This document shows positions 1-8,555 of a stretch of DNA of 64,000 bases, piece by piece. Positions within the stretch are counted from its first letter, which is position 1; every line of letters starts with the position of its first letter. The DNA is from Candidatus Levyibacteriota bacterium. GTDB lineage: Bacteria; Patescibacteriota; Microgenomatia; Levybacterales; UBA12049. The DNA lies in contig JAJDCH010000002.1 in NCBI GenBank assembly GCA_029260905.1, positions 15,546 to 79,545 on the forward strand, read 5' to 3'. The notes beneath the pieces are model-generated. The model was not told the origin of the DNA and ran no database searches. It saw nothing but the letters and a program-made list of their open reading frames with translations. Made by a program: the position numbers and the translations under genes.

Positions 1-88
1 CTCGGTTTGCTTTGGGGCTTGCCCTGAGCTTGCCGAAGGGTTGCTGGATGGGTCGTAGAGCCAAGACTCTCTCCATCACTCTTGATTG
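1..88 (-). ncRNA. SAM-I (S-box)-like riboswitch aptamer, 5' part; runs off the window edge
   Basis: The minus strand reads ATCAAGAG-tgatg-GAGAGA-gtct-TGGCTC-tac-GA-cccatc-CAGCAACC, matching the SAM-I core (AUCAAGAG...GAGGGA..UGGCCC..GA...CGGCAACC). It starts just downstream of a sigma70-like promoter. Confidence 0.75.
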
Positions 89-93
89 GTTAG

Positions 94-123
94 ATAATAT
101 CATGGACAAAGGATTTTATGCAA
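94..123 (-). promoter_or_regulatory. sigma70-type promoter for the riboswitch leader
   Basis: Minus strand TTGCAT (123-118), 18 nt spacer, TGa-TATTAT (99-94). Confidence 0.55.
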
Positions 124-131
124 GAGGTAAA

Positions 132-467
132 TTATTTTTTGTATGAAAAGAAAAGTTCAAGCATGAGGAAAAGTGCTGCAAGTAAGATAAAGAAAAATGG
201 GTGGTCGATATTATTTAGCTTGAAAATAAGAGATGTTATTCCCAAAAGACTTATTAATCCTGCATGAAGAGGGGATTTGAACAAAAATAGTATTAGATAA
301 AAAATAAAGAGAAAAAGTGAAATAAGAAATAAAAGAACAATAGGTAATTTGAAAAAAAGAAGCGTAAATGTATGGTTTGGTGGGAAAAAGTAGATGAGAG
401 AAGAAAGTATTGATAGAAAGATGATGCTTAAAAATATTGATTTTAGAGATCTTTCGGGAGATTTCAT
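132..467 (-). CDS. small hydrophobic membrane protein (~4 TM), hypothetical
   Basis: ORF 132..512. The ATG at 467 (MKSPERS) avoids overlap with the upstream gene. Almost entirely hydrophobic. Confidence 0.65.
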   Translation of the reverse strand: MKSPERSLKSIFLSIIFLSILSSLIYFFPPNHTFTLLFFKLPIVLLFLISLFLFIFYLILFLFKSPLHAGLISLLGITSLIFKLNNIDHPFFFILLAALFLMLELFFSYKK

Positions 468-474
468 AGAAAGG

Positions 475-1278
475 TTATCTGCAAGTTCCACTTCTGCCAA
501 CAACAGATACACATTTTAGTCCACCTTTGCATTGATTATTTCCTGCAACATCACATGATCCACCTTTTCCAATTGTTCCTTGATTTCCACCAAACTCTCG
601 GAGTTTAAGTACGTCAACACTAAGAAATTGGAGAAGAACAAGTGAGAGTATCAAGAAGATGAGTCCTACAATCGCAGCAATGAGTTGCTCACGTCCTTCT
701 TTTATTTTTTCAGGATTTCCACTAGACATCATTATCTTATATCCAGCACGCATGATCAGAAAAAGAGCTACACCGCCAGAGAGGCTCAGAAGTGCGCCAA
801 AAATTGTACTTACGTAACCACCAGGAGTTGTTGAAATAGTACCAATTGCTGTATTAAATTCTTCACAAACCTCGTATGGCTCTCCTTCTTTTGGGGCAGG
901 ATCAGCGCAAGGTGGGGGTGGAACGTTAATTATTTCAGCTGAGGGTTCACAGGTTTTAAAAAGTCCACTGCTTTGGTTAGTGCATTCAAACCCTTTCTTG
1001 CAAGCCTTTGAATTTCCACCACCTCGTCCAGTATTGTCACATCTTGCACCTTCATCAAGAGTTCCATCTTCTACACATATTGCTGGTTCGGGATCACCTG
1101 GATCAACACAACTGAAGCCTTCTTTGCATGTATCTAGAACGCCACAGGTCATTCCTTCTCCTACCTCTGCTGCAAGAACAGGCTGGGGTAGACTGATAAA
1201 AAACAAACTAACAAAAAATGAAAAAAGAAGGGCAGAAAAAATCTTTCTCACTATTTCAGCTTTGCAGAAAATTGGCAT
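475..1278 (-). CDS. VirB2/TrbC-like (CPR T4SS-type) pilin with Cys-rich modules
   Basis: Signal-like N-terminus ending VLAA. Pilin hairpin ALFLIMRAGYKIMMSSGNPEKIKEGREQLIAAIVGLIF. Three GxxC...CKxGxxC modules. Confidence 0.75.
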   Translation of the reverse strand: MPIFCKAEIVRKIFSALLFSFFVSLFFISLPQPVLAAEVGEGMTCGVLDTCKEGFSCVDPGDPEPAICVEDGTLDEGARCDNTGRGGGNSKACKKGFECTNQSSGLFKTCEPSAEIINVPPPPCADPAPKEGEPYEVCEEFNTAIGTISTTPGGYVSTIFGALLSLSGGVALFLIMRAGYKIMMSSGNPEKIKEGREQLIAAIVGLIFLILSLVLLQFLSVDVLKLREFGGNQGTIGKGGSCDVAGNNQCKGGLKCVSVVGRSGTCR

Positions 1279-1300
1279 AAATGCAAGAGTGAAATGGCTC

Positions 1301-1337
1301 TTGACATCATTTGGCAGTCGTGTTATATTATTGCTAA
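1301..1337 (+). promoter_or_regulatory. sigma70 promoter with an overlapping CIRCE operator upstream of hrcA
   Basis: TTGACA (1301-1306), 17 nt, TG-n-TATATT (1324-1329). TTGGCAGTC-N9-TATTGCTAA (1311-1337) matches CIRCE TTAGCACTC-N9-GAGTGCTAA at 7/9 in each arm. Confidence 0.8.
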
Positions 1338-1356
1338 TTCTGTTAACTTAAGTTCA

Positions 1357-2088
1357 ATGCATAATTTAACTCACAGACAAATAGAAATATTAAAAAGTAT
1401 TATTGAAGAATATATCGAGACAGCTGAGGCTGTTGGATCTGAGACTATTGAGAAGAAACACAATTTGTCAGCAAGCCCTGCAACTATTAGAAATGAGATG
1501 GTAAAGCTTGCAGAATATGGATACATCAAAAAAACCCATTCTTCAGCAGGACGTGTGCCAACAGCAAGGGGACTTAAGTTTTACGTTCATGAGTTGATGA
1601 AAGAAAAAGAGCTTTCAACTGTTGAGGAGGTAGCGCTTAAGGAAAGGGTTTGGGATTATAGAGCGAAAATGCAGAGATTTCTTAAGGAAGCAACAAGATC
1701 TCTTGCAGCAAAAACAAATACTTTGGCAATTGCCACAACAAACGAAGGTGAGCTTTATTGTTCTGGATATGCAAATATTTTAGATATGCCAGAGTTTCTT
1801 GATATAGATTTGACGAAAAACCTACTTGAAGTTTTGGATGAGTATGATGTTTTTTCAAGTATTTTTGCAAATGTCTTACCTGATGATGAAATTCATATCT
1901 TGATTGAGGATGATCTTGGATCAGCACTGAGAGGTCCATACGGATTTATTTTTACTGAGTACTCTACACCATTAAATGGTCATGGGAAGATAGGAGTATT
2001 GGGGCCTGCGCGTCTTGCCTATACATCAATAGTGCCAACTGTTAGATACTTTGGTGATTTGATAAGAACTAGTGCTGAAGGGTGGTAG
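1357..2088 (+). CDS. hrcA: heat-inducible transcription repressor HrcA (compact form)
   Basis: LTHRQIEILKSIIEEYIETAEAVGS, SPATIRNEM, HSSAGRVPT..G.KFYV, IGVLGPARL. First gene of the grpE-dnaK cluster. Start moved to ATG 1357, downstream of the promoter. Confidence 0.92.
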   Translation: MHNLTHRQIEILKSIIEEYIETAEAVGSETIEKKHNLSASPATIRNEMVKLAEYGYIKKTHSSAGRVPTARGLKFYVHELMKEKELSTVEEVALKERVWDYRAKMQRFLKEATRSLAAKTNTLAIATTNEGELYCSGYANILDMPEFLDIDLTKNLLEVLDEYDVFSSIFANVLPDDEIHILIEDDLGSALRGPYGFIFTEYSTPLNGHGKIGVLGPARLAYTSIVPTVRYFGDLIRTSAEGW

Positions 2089-2181
2089 GTTCTGCGAAGC
2101 AGAACGCTTATTGTATGGCATTTAGTTTATGGTTAGTAATCATGCATTGACAGAATAAGGATGAAAATTTAGAATAAAAAA

Positions 2182-2652
2182 ATGGATAAAAAAGAAAAAA
2201 AGAAAGAAAAAAGAGATGAAAGCGCACAGATTGATAAAGAACCAGAAGAGTTAAAAGAAAAGATACATGATTTTGAGGATAAATACAAAAGAGCGCTTGC
2301 GGATTATCAAAATCTTGAAAAAAGAGTGGGTGATCAGAGAATAGAGCTTATTCGGGGAGCAAATCGAGATTTGCTCTTGAGACTTCTTCCGGTTTTGGAT
2401 ACACTGATGCTTGCGAGCGTGCATACAGAAGATCAGGGAGTAAAAGTAACTGTTCAGCAATTTATAGATACATTAAAAAACGAAGGGGTTGAACGGATTG
2501 AGACAAAAGGTGTACAATTTGATCCAACGACCATGGAGGCGATAGCCACAGGGGACGGGAAGGATGGAGAAGTTTTGGAAGAGCTGAGGACTGGTTTTAT
2601 GATAAATGGTAAATTATTAAGACCAGTTCAAGTTAAAGTAGGAAAATCCTAA
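2182..2652 (+). CDS. grpE: nucleotide exchange factor GrpE
   Basis: RALADYQNLEKR, LLPVLD, FDPTTMEA, GFMINGKLLRPVQVKV; lies between hrcA and dnaK. Confidence 0.95.
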   Translation: MDKKEKKKEKRDESAQIDKEPEELKEKIHDFEDKYKRALADYQNLEKRVGDQRIELIRGANRDLLLRLLPVLDTLMLASVHTEDQGVKVTVQQFIDTLKNEGVERIETKGVQFDPTTMEAIATGDGKDGEVLEELRTGFMINGKLLRPVQVKVGKS

Positions 2653-2717
2653 ATACAAATTTCAAAAGTTTTAGGAATTAGAGATTGGAATTTAGAATTT
2701 GTCCTGAAAGGAGATTT

Positions 2718-4631
2718 ATGGGAAAAATAATAGGCATAGACCTAGGAACAACTAATTCATGTGTAGCCGTGATGGAGGGTGGTTCACCAAAGGTGATTCA
2801 TTCAGCTGAAGGGCGTAATGTCATTCCATCTGTTGTGGATCCTGTAACGCATGTTGTCGGAGATGTTGCCAAGAGACAACTTGTTCTTAAGCCAAAGCAG
2901 ACCGTCTTCTCAATCAAGAGACTGATGGGAAGAAAGTTTAAGGATAAGTCAGTTCAGGAAGACATGAAGTGGCTTCCGTATACTGTTAAAGCAGGAAGAA
3001 ATGACATGGCAGTTGTTGAGGTAGATGGTAAAACCTATACCCCTCAGGAGTTATCCGCTCAAATTCTTCAAAAGATTAAATCTGATGCTGAGAGCTATCT
3101 TGGCGATAAGGTGACTCAAGCTGTTATCACAGTTCCTGCTTATTTTGATGATTCAGAGAGACAAGCTACCAAGCAGGCAGGAGAGATTGCTGGACTTGAA
3201 GTTTTGAGGATTATCAATGAGCCAACAGCAGCAGCTCTTGCCTATGGGCTTGATAAGAAAAATGCGCACACCATTGCTGTTTATGATTTGGGTGGTGGTA
3301 CATTTGATATCTCAATCCTAGAGCTTGGAGAAGGTGTTTATCAGGTAAAATCAACTAATGGTGATACTCATCTTGGCGGAGATGATTTTGACCAGAAGAT
3401 AATTAATTATCTTGCTGAAGAGTTTCTAAAAGAAAATAGCGTGGATTTGAGAAAAGATCCTCAAGCTCTGCAAAGACTAAAAGAATCAGCTGAAAAGGCA
3501 AAGATAGAGCTTTCGAGTTCACAAGAAGCACAAATCAATCAGCCATTTATAACTCAGGGAAAAGACGGTCCCCTTCATTTGACTTTGACTCTTACAAGAT
3601 CCAAGCTTGAACAGATTGTAGATGAACTGATTCAAAATACATTAAAGCCTGTTGAGAAGGCATTAGCAGATGCAAAGATAAAAACAACTGATGTTGATGA
3701 AATAATTATGGTTGGTGGCATGACCCGAATGCCAAAAGTGGTTGAAGCAGTCACGAAATTCTTTGGTAAAGAACCAAATAAGTCAGTAAACCCAGACGAG
3801 GTTGTTGCAATAGGAGCAGCAGTTCAGGGAGGGGTTCTTGGTGGTGAGGTAAAAGATGTACTTCTTTTGGATGTGACACCTTTGACACTTGGGCTTGAGA
3901 CGCTTGGTGCTGTTTCTACACCACTTATTGACAGGAATACAACAATTCCAACTAGTAAGTCACAGGTTTTTTCAACTGCTGCTGATAACCAAACACAAGT
4001 AGAGATAAATGTTTTACAGGGTGAGAGATCAATGGCTGCTGATAACAAGTCTTTGGGACGATTTATTCTTGATGGTATTCCGCCTGCGCCTCGTGGCGTG
4101 CCACAGGTTGAGGTGACTTTTGATATTGATGCCAACGGAATACTAAGCGTTTCTGCAAAAGATAAGGCATCAGGAAAGGAGCAAAGCATTAAGATAACAG
4201 GTAGTACTGGTTTATCAAAAGAAGAAGTTGAAAAAATGACAAAAGATGCTGAGTCCCATGCTAAAGAAGATGAGGAGAAAAAGGGTAAGATTGAGGCCCG
4301 AAATCATGCAGATGCTCTTATTTTTACAGCTGAGAAGTCACTTAAAGATGCAGGGGATAAAGTAGCCGATGATGTTAAAAAAGAAGTTGAAGAAAAGACA
4401 AAAGAATTAAAAGATATTTTGGATAGTGGCACCAAAGAAGACTTGGAAACAAAGACTAATGAGCTTTCAGAAACGCTTCAAAAAATTGGTCAAGCAGCAT
4501 ATCAGCAGGGTCAGAAAGCTCAGGAAGAGCCTGAAATTGAAAGCGAAGAAAAGGAAGGTAAGAAAGATGATTCAGAATCTGAGAAGAAAAAAGATAAAGA
4601 CGAACCTGTTGAGGGAGAAGTGGTAGAATAG
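2718..4631 (+). CDS. dnaK: chaperone DnaK (Hsp70)
   Basis: [34 protein letters not shown]. Start at ATG 2718, after SD AAAGGAG. Confidence 0.98.
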   Translation: MGKIIGIDLGTTNSCVAVMEGGSPKVIHSAEGRNVIPSVVDPVTHVVGDVAKRQLVLKPKQTVFSIKRLMGRKFKDKSVQEDMKWLPYTVKAGRNDMAVVEVDGKTYTPQELSAQILQKIKSDAESYLGDKVTQAVITVPAYFDDSERQATKQAGEIAGLEVLRIINEPTAAALAYGLDKKNAHTIAVYDLGGGTFDISILELGEGVYQVKSTNGDTHLGGDDFDQKIINYLAEEFLKENSVDLRKDPQALQRLKESAEKAKIELSSSQEAQINQPFITQGKDGPLHLTLTLTRSKLEQIVDELIQNTLKPVEKALADAKIKTTDVDEIIMVGGMTRMPKVVEAVTKFFGKEPNKSVNPDEVVAIGAAVQGGVLGGEVKDVLLLDVTPLTLGLETLGAVSTPLIDRNTTIPTSKSQVFSTAADNQTQVEINVLQGERSMAADNKSLGRFILDGIPPAPRGVPQVEVTFDIDANGILSVSAKDKASGKEQSIKITGSTGLSKEEVEKMTKDAESHAKEDEEKKGKIEARNHADALIFTAEKSLKDAGDKVADDVKKEVEEKTKELKDILDSGTKEDLETKTNELSETLQKIGQAAYQQGQKAQEEPEIESEEKEGKKDDSESEKKKDKDEPVEGEVVE

Positions 4632-4665
4632 CTTTTAGCTTATGGCTTTTAGCTTTCAGGAATTT

Positions 4666-4686
4666 AGAGCGCAGAAGCGCTTTTTT
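4666..4686 (+). terminator. intrinsic terminator after dnaK
   Basis: AGAGCGC-agaa-GCGCTTT hairpin running into a T6 tract. Confidence 0.55.
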
Positions 4687-4706
4687 AGTATAATAAAACT
4701 GTTATT

Positions 4707-5597
4707 ATGGCAAGTGAAAAAGATTATTATCAAGTTTTGGGTGTTACCAAATCAGCTAGTGCTGATGAGATAAAAAAGGCTTACCGCAAACTCGCCCTTG
4801 AGTATCATCCAGATCGCAATAAAACTAAAGAGGCAAATAATAAGTTCAAAGAAGTGACAAAGGCCTATGAAGTCCTATCAAATGATCAGAAAAGAAAGAC
4901 CTATGATCAATTCGGACATGCTGCTTTTGAGCAGGGTGGTATGGGAGGGGCAGGCGGCGGCGGTAACCCGTTTAGCGGTGGTCAACAGGGAGGACAATAT
5001 GGGCCATTTAGATACACCTATTCATCAGGCGGGCAGGGATCTGATTTTGATTTTGGAGGTTTTTCAGACCCATTTGAGATATTTGAGCAGTTTTTTGGAG
5101 GAGCGCAAAGACAGAGAAGACCTGCGTATTCAATCAGAATTAATTTTGATGAAGCAGTGAAAGGTGTTGAGAAGCAAGTAAGTATAAATGGTAAACCACA
5201 AAAAATAAAAATACCTCCAGGTGTTGATCGGGGATCTCGTATCAGATTTAGTGAATACGATATTGTGGTAGATGTAACACCTGATCCAAAATTTCAAAGA
5301 GAGGGTGCAGATATAGTTACAGTTGAGGATGTGTCTTTTCCTCAAGCTGCTCTTGGTGGAGAGCTTGAGATCGAAACAGTTCATGGAAAAGTAAAATTTA
5401 AAATACCATCAGGTACGCAGCCTGAAACACTGGTGAGGCTTAGTGGAAAGGGTATGCCAAGGATCAATAAGTCTGGAAATGGTGATCATTATGTCAAAAT
5501 TAAAGTTACAGTTCCTAAGAAGCTGAATAGGGATCAGAAAAAGATTCTGGAAGATCTTCTCAAAGAAGAGAAAAAATCAGGAAAAAGCTGGTTTTGA
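4707..5597 (+). CDS. dnaJ: DnaJ-family co-chaperone, class B (no zinc finger)
   Basis: J-domain with HPD, G/F-rich region and C-terminal domain; no CxxCxGxG repeats. Confidence 0.9.
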   Translation: MASEKDYYQVLGVTKSASADEIKKAYRKLALEYHPDRNKTKEANNKFKEVTKAYEVLSNDQKRKTYDQFGHAAFEQGGMGGAGGGGNPFSGGQQGGQYGPFRYTYSSGGQGSDFDFGGFSDPFEIFEQFFGGAQRQRRPAYSIRINFDEAVKGVEKQVSINGKPQKIKIPPGVDRGSRIRFSEYDIVVDVTPDPKFQREGADIVTVEDVSFPQAALGGELEIETVHGKVKFKIPSGTQPETLVRLSGKGMPRINKSGNGDHYVKIKVTVPKKLNRDQKKILEDLLKEEKKSGKSWF

Positions 5598-5635
5598 TAA
5601 TTGATTTTTCTCTTAACTCTTGCTACTGTTAGAAT

Positions 5636-6013
5636 ATGGCTCGTTTCGTTCTTTCTATATTTTTTTTGTTTGTTTTTATTTTTTCACCAGTTCAGGTATT
5701 TGCAGCAGGGTCAGGAGCGGATTGTGATTATTCAAAGGAGATAAATACTGATTTTGGTTGTCTTCCCAATGATCCGATTGGATTTGTGCAGGAATTTTAT
5801 GGAATAGGACTTAGCTTTATTGCAGCGCTTTCTCTTTTGGCGTTAATAATTGGAGGCTATAATGTGATGACATCCAAGGGAGATCCACAAAAAGCAAATA
5901 TCGGCAAATCATGGATATTTTATGCAATTGGAGGTTTGGTTCTTGCAATTTTTGGATATATATTTATAAGACTTATAATCGTTGATATTTTGAAGGTTCC
6001 AGGATTCTCATAG
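5636..6013 (+). CDS. VirB2/TrbC-like pilin
   Basis: Signal peptide (VFAA), INTDFGCLP, then a two-TM hairpin IIGGYNVMTSKGDPQKANIGKSWIFYAIGGL. Clearly similar to the core of the 475-1278 pilin. Confidence 0.8.
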   Translation: MARFVLSIFFLFVFIFSPVQVFAAGSGADCDYSKEINTDFGCLPNDPIGFVQEFYGIGLSFIAALSLLALIIGGYNVMTSKGDPQKANIGKSWIFYAIGGLVLAIFGYIFIRLIIVDILKVPGFS

Positions 6014-6016
6014 TTT

Positions 6017-8512
6017 ATGAAAAAACTTCTGCCCAGTCTAATACTCTTTCTTTCTGTTTTTTTGGGAATAATGTTTTTTAATACTCCTCAGACTTTGGCT
6101 ACAGGCGCTTCTCCAGGTACAACTGCAACTACGGTAAGTGATGATAAATTGCCTGCTGGCACATGGAGACAAGATTCTGAAGTTACATTTATAGGTAAAA
6201 GCGCAGCAAGAGCCCGCACCATGCTTGATTGGACTATCCAAAATTATAATTGGATTTGTGTCGAGCGTATAGTAGGCACAAGTCAGTGTAATGATACAGA
6301 TAATCCCCTTCAGTCATTTTGGTTGAGGATTGTTACCTATATTGTGGTACCGCTTTTGTTCGTGGCAGTTTTGATTAGTGCTGCAGTAATCATTATTACA
6401 CGTGGAAGATCTGTTACCATCATGCGGCTTTTACCTCGTTTCTTGGGTGTTGTGATTTTAATCTTTTTTACCTATTCACTTCTGCAGTTTTTTTATCAGT
6501 TCTCTGATTTGATACAAGGATTTTTTCTTCGTCATCCAACAGAAACAGCACAGGATGGGACAACATCTTGTCCCCCAAGCTGTATTGGAACTAAAGATTT
6601 GTTATATGTTGGTTGGGATTATGATACTTTTCTTGGCTTGAGACTCGCAAGCCCAGATGCAAATAATTCAAATGCTGAGTCAGCATTCATGTCGCTTCTT
6701 CTCACCAAAATGACTGCCATGACTTACTACGTAATGGTAGGGATTCTTATTTTGAGGAAGATTATTTTATGGTTTTTTATTGTAGTATCGCCTGTCTTTC
6801 CGTTACTTTTGTTATTTTATCCTATCAGAAACACTGCCAAAATCTGGATTGGTGAGTTTTTCCGTTGGCTTCTTTATGCTCCGCTTTTTGCAATTTTTCT
6901 TCAGGGTCTTGTTTTTATGTGGAGTAATCCAGTTGGAATACCGCTTGACTTTAAATCAACAAAAATAGGAGTTGAGCAGGGCAGGATTGGTTCACCTGCC
7001 AAGGATGAGAATACGCTTTTTCCAACAACAGTAAATATTCTTCTCGGGGGTCCACAGGAGGTTGTAACTATTAGCAATAGTATTAATCTTACAGAAACAT
7101 TTGCGAAGTATGTTGTTGCTCTTTTGATGCTTTGGGGCGTTATCATTCTACCCTGGATACTCCTTCAGATCTTTTTGGATTATTCATCCAATTTTTCTGT
7201 AGGTGATACAGCTGTGATGAGAACCCTTCTTAATGTTAAAAATAAACCCCCAGCTCCTACTGGCACCCCTCCGAGTACCGGTCCGCCATTTAGCTTACCA
7301 TTTGCAAAGAAATTTGATTTGCGTCCTCCACAAACCCCACCCTCTGCACCAACTGGAGTAGCCAAGGAATTGCCTATTAGTACAGGTCGAATGATGCAGT
7401 CACATAATATGCCATCAGCTCAGATTAAGGCTCAGACTCTTAGTCTTTCAAATGTTACCCTTCCAACAATTCGTGATATTGCAAAATACGACACAGCAAT
7501 CACTTCTCGTGATACTACCAAGCAACAGGATATTATTAGGATGAGAGATACTCTGACAAAGATCGGTAATCCTGCAAGTTCCAGTTCTGACAGCCAGCGT
7601 TACACCGAAGTCCGCAGCAAGCTAACAAAAGAAAGCCAAGATGGAAATCAGTTGGCAGCATCAATTCTTAGCGCAGCAAATATAGCTACCAACAAGTCTG
7701 CTCAAAATCAAAATAGGCAAATAAAGAATGTTCTTAACCAGATAGCTAATCCAACAACAGCACCAGCTGTTACAAAGAAATTTGACACTCAAAAAGTTGC
7801 TCAGCTTCATGATTCGCTTGCTAAAGCAAGTAAGCAAGGAAACGCTTTGGCAACTTCTATTCTTTCAGTTGATGAAAAGACATCAGAAAAAGAAATTGAG
7901 GCATTGAAAGAGAAAATAGCACAGGCTAAAAAACGAAGCGATAAGCTTGCAGCTGAGGTGTTAGATGTTACAGATAAAGAAGTGGAAGCAGGCCTTCCTG
8001 CCGTAAATAGAGTTCAGACTGTCAGTCAGCAGGATTACCAGGCAGTTAAGGATATGTGGAGAGAGAATTACAAGAATCTTGAAGTTCCACAAGGCATGGC
8101 CGGAACAAGATCAGATTGGATCAAAGAAGATGTTGAAAAAATTAATAATATTGTAAACATGCTTTCATCAACCAGTCCGGATGACATGAAGAAGGGAATG
8201 GATGAAGTTTCTGATATTTTGCCTTTCCTTCTGGTTGGTGGCTTCTCTCAGACAGAAATTATATCTTATTTGAAGGCAAAGAAAGAAGCAGGACAAGAAG
8301 TAAATAGTCAACTTGCCACAGAGGAGGATGATAAGGTAGAGGTTTCAACACAGAAAGCAGAAACAAAACGAGAGATGGCTGCAACGCTTGAAGAGGAAGA
8401 TGCTACAAAGGGACAGGAGGCAAGTCAACCGTCATCTGTTTCTGTTCCTGATGAACCAAAAGTTGATGATGAAAAAGCAGTTAAGCCTGCAGATGAGAAC
8501 AAAAAACAATAA
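6017..8512 (+). CDS. large polytopic membrane protein (VirB6/TrbL-like N-half) with a cytoplasmic helical-repeat C-half
   Basis: Signal peptide and ~6-7 TM segments including LRKIILWFFIVVSPVFPLLLLFYP..TAKIW..EFFRWLLYAP (TrbL/VirB6-like pattern). Pro-rich linker, repeat domain and acidic tail. Starts 3 nt after the pilin stop. Confidence 0.6.
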   Translation: MKKLLPSLILFLSVFLGIMFFNTPQTLATGASPGTTATTVSDDKLPAGTWRQDSEVTFIGKSAARARTMLDWTIQNYNWICVERIVGTSQCNDTDNPLQSFWLRIVTYIVVPLLFVAVLISAAVIIITRGRSVTIMRLLPRFLGVVILIFFTYSLLQFFYQFSDLIQGFFLRHPTETAQDGTTSCPPSCIGTKDLLYVGWDYDTFLGLRLASPDANNSNAESAFMSLLLTKMTAMTYYVMVGILILRKIILWFFIVVSPVFPLLLLFYPIRNTAKIWIGEFFRWLLYAPLFAIFLQGLVFMWSNPVGIPLDFKSTKIGVEQGRIGSPAKDENTLFPTTVNILLGGPQEVVTISNSINLTETFAKYVVALLMLWGVIILPWILLQIFLDYSSNFSVGDTAVMRTLLNVKNKPPAPTGTPPSTGPPFSLPFAKKFDLRPPQTPPSAPTGVAKELPISTGRMMQSHNMPSAQIKAQTLSLSNVTLPTIRDIAKYDTAITSRDTTKQQDIIRMRDTLTKIGNPASSSSDSQRYTEVRSKLTKESQDGNQLAASILSAANIATNKSAQNQNRQIKNVLNQIANPTTAPAVTKKFDTQKVAQLHDSLAKASKQGNALATSILSVDEKTSEKEIEALKEKIAQAKKRSDKLAAEVLDVTDKEVEAGLPAVNRVQTVSQQDYQAVKDMWRENYKNLEVPQGMAGTRSDWIKEDVEKINNIVNMLSSTSPDDMKKGMDEVSDILPFLLVGGFSQTEIISYLKAKKEAGQEVNSQLATEEDDKVEVSTQKAETKREMAATLEEEDATKGQEASQPSSVSVPDEPKVDDEKAVKPADENKKQ

Positions 8513-8555
8513 TACTTGTCGTTTGGGTCTATTAGTGATAAATTGTAATTAAGAT

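Noticed and set aside
1-103. Minus-strand ORF starting MILSNQSRV at the window edge
   Set aside because: Its ATG lies within the promoter, and the sequence is better explained as a SAM-I-like riboswitch.
2089-2105. GTTCTGC-GAA-GCAGAAC hairpin after hrcA, and a similar small hairpin near 51092-51122
   Set aside because: They have no U-tract and only one copy each in the window, which is too little to call a terminator or repeat family.
1294-2717. Longer ORF-track starts for hrcA (1294) and dnaK (2685)
   Set aside because: The hrcA extension overlaps its promoter/CIRCE, and dnaK has an SD directly before ATG 2718.
5636-8512. Conjugative element (ICE) suggested by VirB2/VirB6-like genes
   Set aside because: No relaxase, coupling protein, VirB4, integrase or att-like repeats are visible, and there is no obvious compositional break.
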